The translations under genes and the position numbers were made by a program. From Actinomycetota bacterium (lineage in GTDB: Bacteria > Actinomycetota > Acidimicrobiia > Acidimicrobiales > CAIXPF01), in NCBI GenBank assembly GCA_016870475.1, contig VGBO01000006.1, positions 4,175 to 68,174 on the forward strand: a stretch of DNA of 64,000 nt, read 5' to 3'. How positions within the stretch are numbered: position 1 is the stretch's first letter; each line of letters opens with the position of its first letter. Below, piece by piece: positions 63,838 through 64,000 of this stretch. The notes beneath the pieces were generated by a model. The model saw only the letters and a list, made by a program, of their open reading frames with translations, was not told the DNA's origin and did no database searches.

Positions 63838-64000
63838 ATGGACCTCGGGATCTCCGGACGCACCGCCGCCGTCGCCGCCGCCTCCTCGGGCCTCGGCCTC
63901 GCCACCGCACGAGCGCTCGCCGCGGCGGGTTGTCGGGTCGCCATGTGCAGCCGCACAGCGGAGCGCATCGAGGCTGCCGCCGCGACGATCGAGGGCGACG
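63838..64000 (+). CDS. SDR family oxidoreductase, 5' part only (runs off the window)
   Basis: Manual translation from ATG 63838: MDLGISGRTAAVAAASSGLGLATARALAAAGCRVAMCSRTAERIEAAAATIEGD (TGxxxGxG-type dinucleotide motif). Not in the ORF track because it has no stop. Confidence 0.6.
   Translation, partial: MDLGISGRTAAVAAASSGLGLATARALAAAGCRVAMCSRTAERIEAAAATIEGD

Overview
Very GC-rich window (about 70% by eye, not computed), densely packed with roughly 65 protein-coding genes. Gene content and style fit an Actinomycetota-type chromosome: GTG starts, 4-nt ATGA/GTGA start/stop overlaps, Tat/lipobox signals. All calls come from reading the supplied translations and the DNA by eye; no similarity search was run. 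I saw no rRNA, tRNA, CRISPR array, transposase, integrase or recognisable transcription factor. Most very long ORFs in the track are high-GC artefacts, and only their 3' parts are real genes. Left to right: PepSY-TM/DUF2271 pair; a degraded flp/tad pilus locus (flp, tadE, frameshifted tadG, half a vWA domain, tadB, tadC; no ATPase); an operon holding a GrdB/PrdB-family reductase interrupted by one in-frame TGA (candidate selenoprotein with a SECIS-like hairpin); a BVMO; small envelope proteins. Then comes a long stretch of acyl-CoA/xenobiotic-type catabolic genes: P450, kinase-like phosphotransferases, SDRs, a quinone oxidoreductase, four family III CoA-transferase genes (one of them a fused didomain), three acyl-CoA dehydrogenases, two LLM oxidoreductases, two paralogous D-aminoacylase-family amidohydrolases, a Rieske oxygenase, hydrolases and an MFS pump. 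Embedded in it are an SDR-PTPS-FolE pterin operon, an apparently circularly permuted flavin amine oxidase, a molybdopterin-oxidoreductase/pentapeptide-repeat fusion, a frameshifted P-type ATPase, a ppsA/M50-protease deletion scar and an orphan solute-binding lipoprotein. The right end holds a divergent cluster with two Nudix-fold proteins, DUF2786 and an HExxH protein, then ACAD, EEP, SDR and an NfuA-like gene. The best candidates for follow-up are the selenoprotein recoding, the permuted amine oxidase, the Mo-domain/pentapeptide fusion operon and the Nudix/DUF2786/metallohydrolase cluster. No clear complete novel system (for example defence) could be demonstrated from sequence alone.
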